64,000 nucleotides of DNA from an uncultured virus (IMG/VR IMGVR_UViG_3300028920_000053) (Duplodnaviria; Heunggongvirae; Uroviricota; Caudoviricetes). The position numbers were made by a program, and so were the translations under genes. The notes below the pieces were generated by a model that made no database searches, had not been told where the DNA came from, and saw only the letters and a list, made by a program, of their open reading frames with translations. Shown here in pieces: positions 63,368-64,000 of the stretch (positions within the stretch are counted from its first letter, which is position 1; each line of letters begins with the position of its first letter). The stretch is taken from the IMG/VR virus record IMGVR_UViG_3300028920_000053. One strand, written 5' to 3'.

Positions 63368-64000
63368 ATGCTAGACAGCACTCGATTTCCCGAGGCGACT
63401 CACCGCGCCGAGCTGGCCGGACAGGTTCTGTTCCTGACGGTCGATAGCTACGACGACGCGTGCGAGCGGCTCCGAAGTACCAACGAGGGAGTCCCCGTCA
63501 TCGTCCCGCTGGACCCCGAAGCAGATCGATCTGCTTCTGATGGGTCGACGCTCGACCCCACGGCGCTCATGCAGCCCGTGCCCAGAAACGACGAAGAGGA
63601 AGCCCCGACCCGCGACGCCGAGGCCGGCGAGGTGAGCGCAAGCGGCGCAGCCCGAAGCCAGACCGACGCCGACGCCGCAACCGCCGCCGGCTTCGCGCCG
63701 AAGCAGCCGCTGTATACACGCGGGACCCGGGTTGTGGAGTGGGGCGTCGAAAACGCCAAGACGAAGCGAGCCGAGTTCGACGCCATGCCCCCGATCGTCG
63801 AGGTGTGCGACGGGCTGATCGAGACGGTCGCCGCCGAGAAGCGGCGGGTGGTCGAGGTCCAGCTCGCCGGGACGCGCTTCGACTCGCAGGGCGGCATCGC
63901 GCTGCCCGGCACCGACGGCCCCGGCAAGGGCCGACGATACCAGCTCGACGACTACGCCTTCCGATCGCTCGTCTCCCGCATGGGGTTGAGCGGCGCGCGA
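63368..64000 (+). CDS. Hypothetical protein truncated by the window end (possibly DUF932-like)
   Basis: RBS GGAGGAG, ATG 63368, open to the end; L..YAF.SL..R.G motif. Confidence 0.65.
   Translation, partial: MLDSTRFPEATHRAELAGQVLFLTVDSYDDACERLRSTNEGVPVIVPLDPEADRSASDGSTLDPTALMQPVPRNDEEEAPTRDAEAGEVSASGAARSQTDADAATAAGFAPKQPLYTRGTRVVEWGVENAKTKRAEFDAMPPIVEVCDGLIETVAAEKRRVVEVQLAGTRFDSQGGIALPGTDGPGKGRRYQLDDYAFRSLVSRMGLSGAR
63518..63537. promoter_or_regulatory. Dispersed palindrome copy 8 (intragenic, EADRSAS)
   Basis: Exact 20-mer. Confidence 0.9.

Noticed and set aside
2039..63537. Palindromes as CRISPR repeats, REP/MITE elements or terminators
   Set aside because: Copies are kilobases apart, have no loop, T-tract or visible target-site duplication, and no transposase is present

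Overview
High-GC window that reads as a large part of one contractile-tailed (myovirus-type) dsDNA phage genome, almost entirely on the + strand. Layout: (i) 1-14 kb: 20-bp tandem repeat, then many short, translationally coupled hypothetical genes, a probable terminase small subunit, a lone minus-strand lysozyme-like gene, dCMP deaminase and a DUF6496-like gene; (ii) 14-27 kb: terminase large subunit, ParB-family protein, papain-like C1 peptidase, fibre-like virion proteins and a GT2 glycosyltransferase; (iii) 27-55.6 kb: portal, MuF protein with a C-terminal zincin extension, scaffold, major capsid, neck, sheath, tube, frameshifted chaperone, tape measure and baseplate; (iv) 55.6-64 kb: holin-like membrane genes, SF2 helicase, DnaB-like helicase, DnaG-like primase and a Fis-like HTH gene. 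No integrase, rRNA, tRNA or CRISPR array was seen. Gly/Thr-rich and Cys-rich lipoproteins hint at a myxobacterial host (inference only). The most unusual signals are non-coding: eight dispersed copies of the palindrome GAAGCAGATCGATCTGCTTC (candidate target of the phage ParB), two classes of -10 element placed 6 nt before start codons (leaderless transcripts), a duplicated promoter plus covarying leader hairpin, a branched RNA structure before the capsid gene, and an iteron-like repeat shared between the window start and a lipoprotein gene. All product calls are by motif recognition and synteny; no database searches were run.
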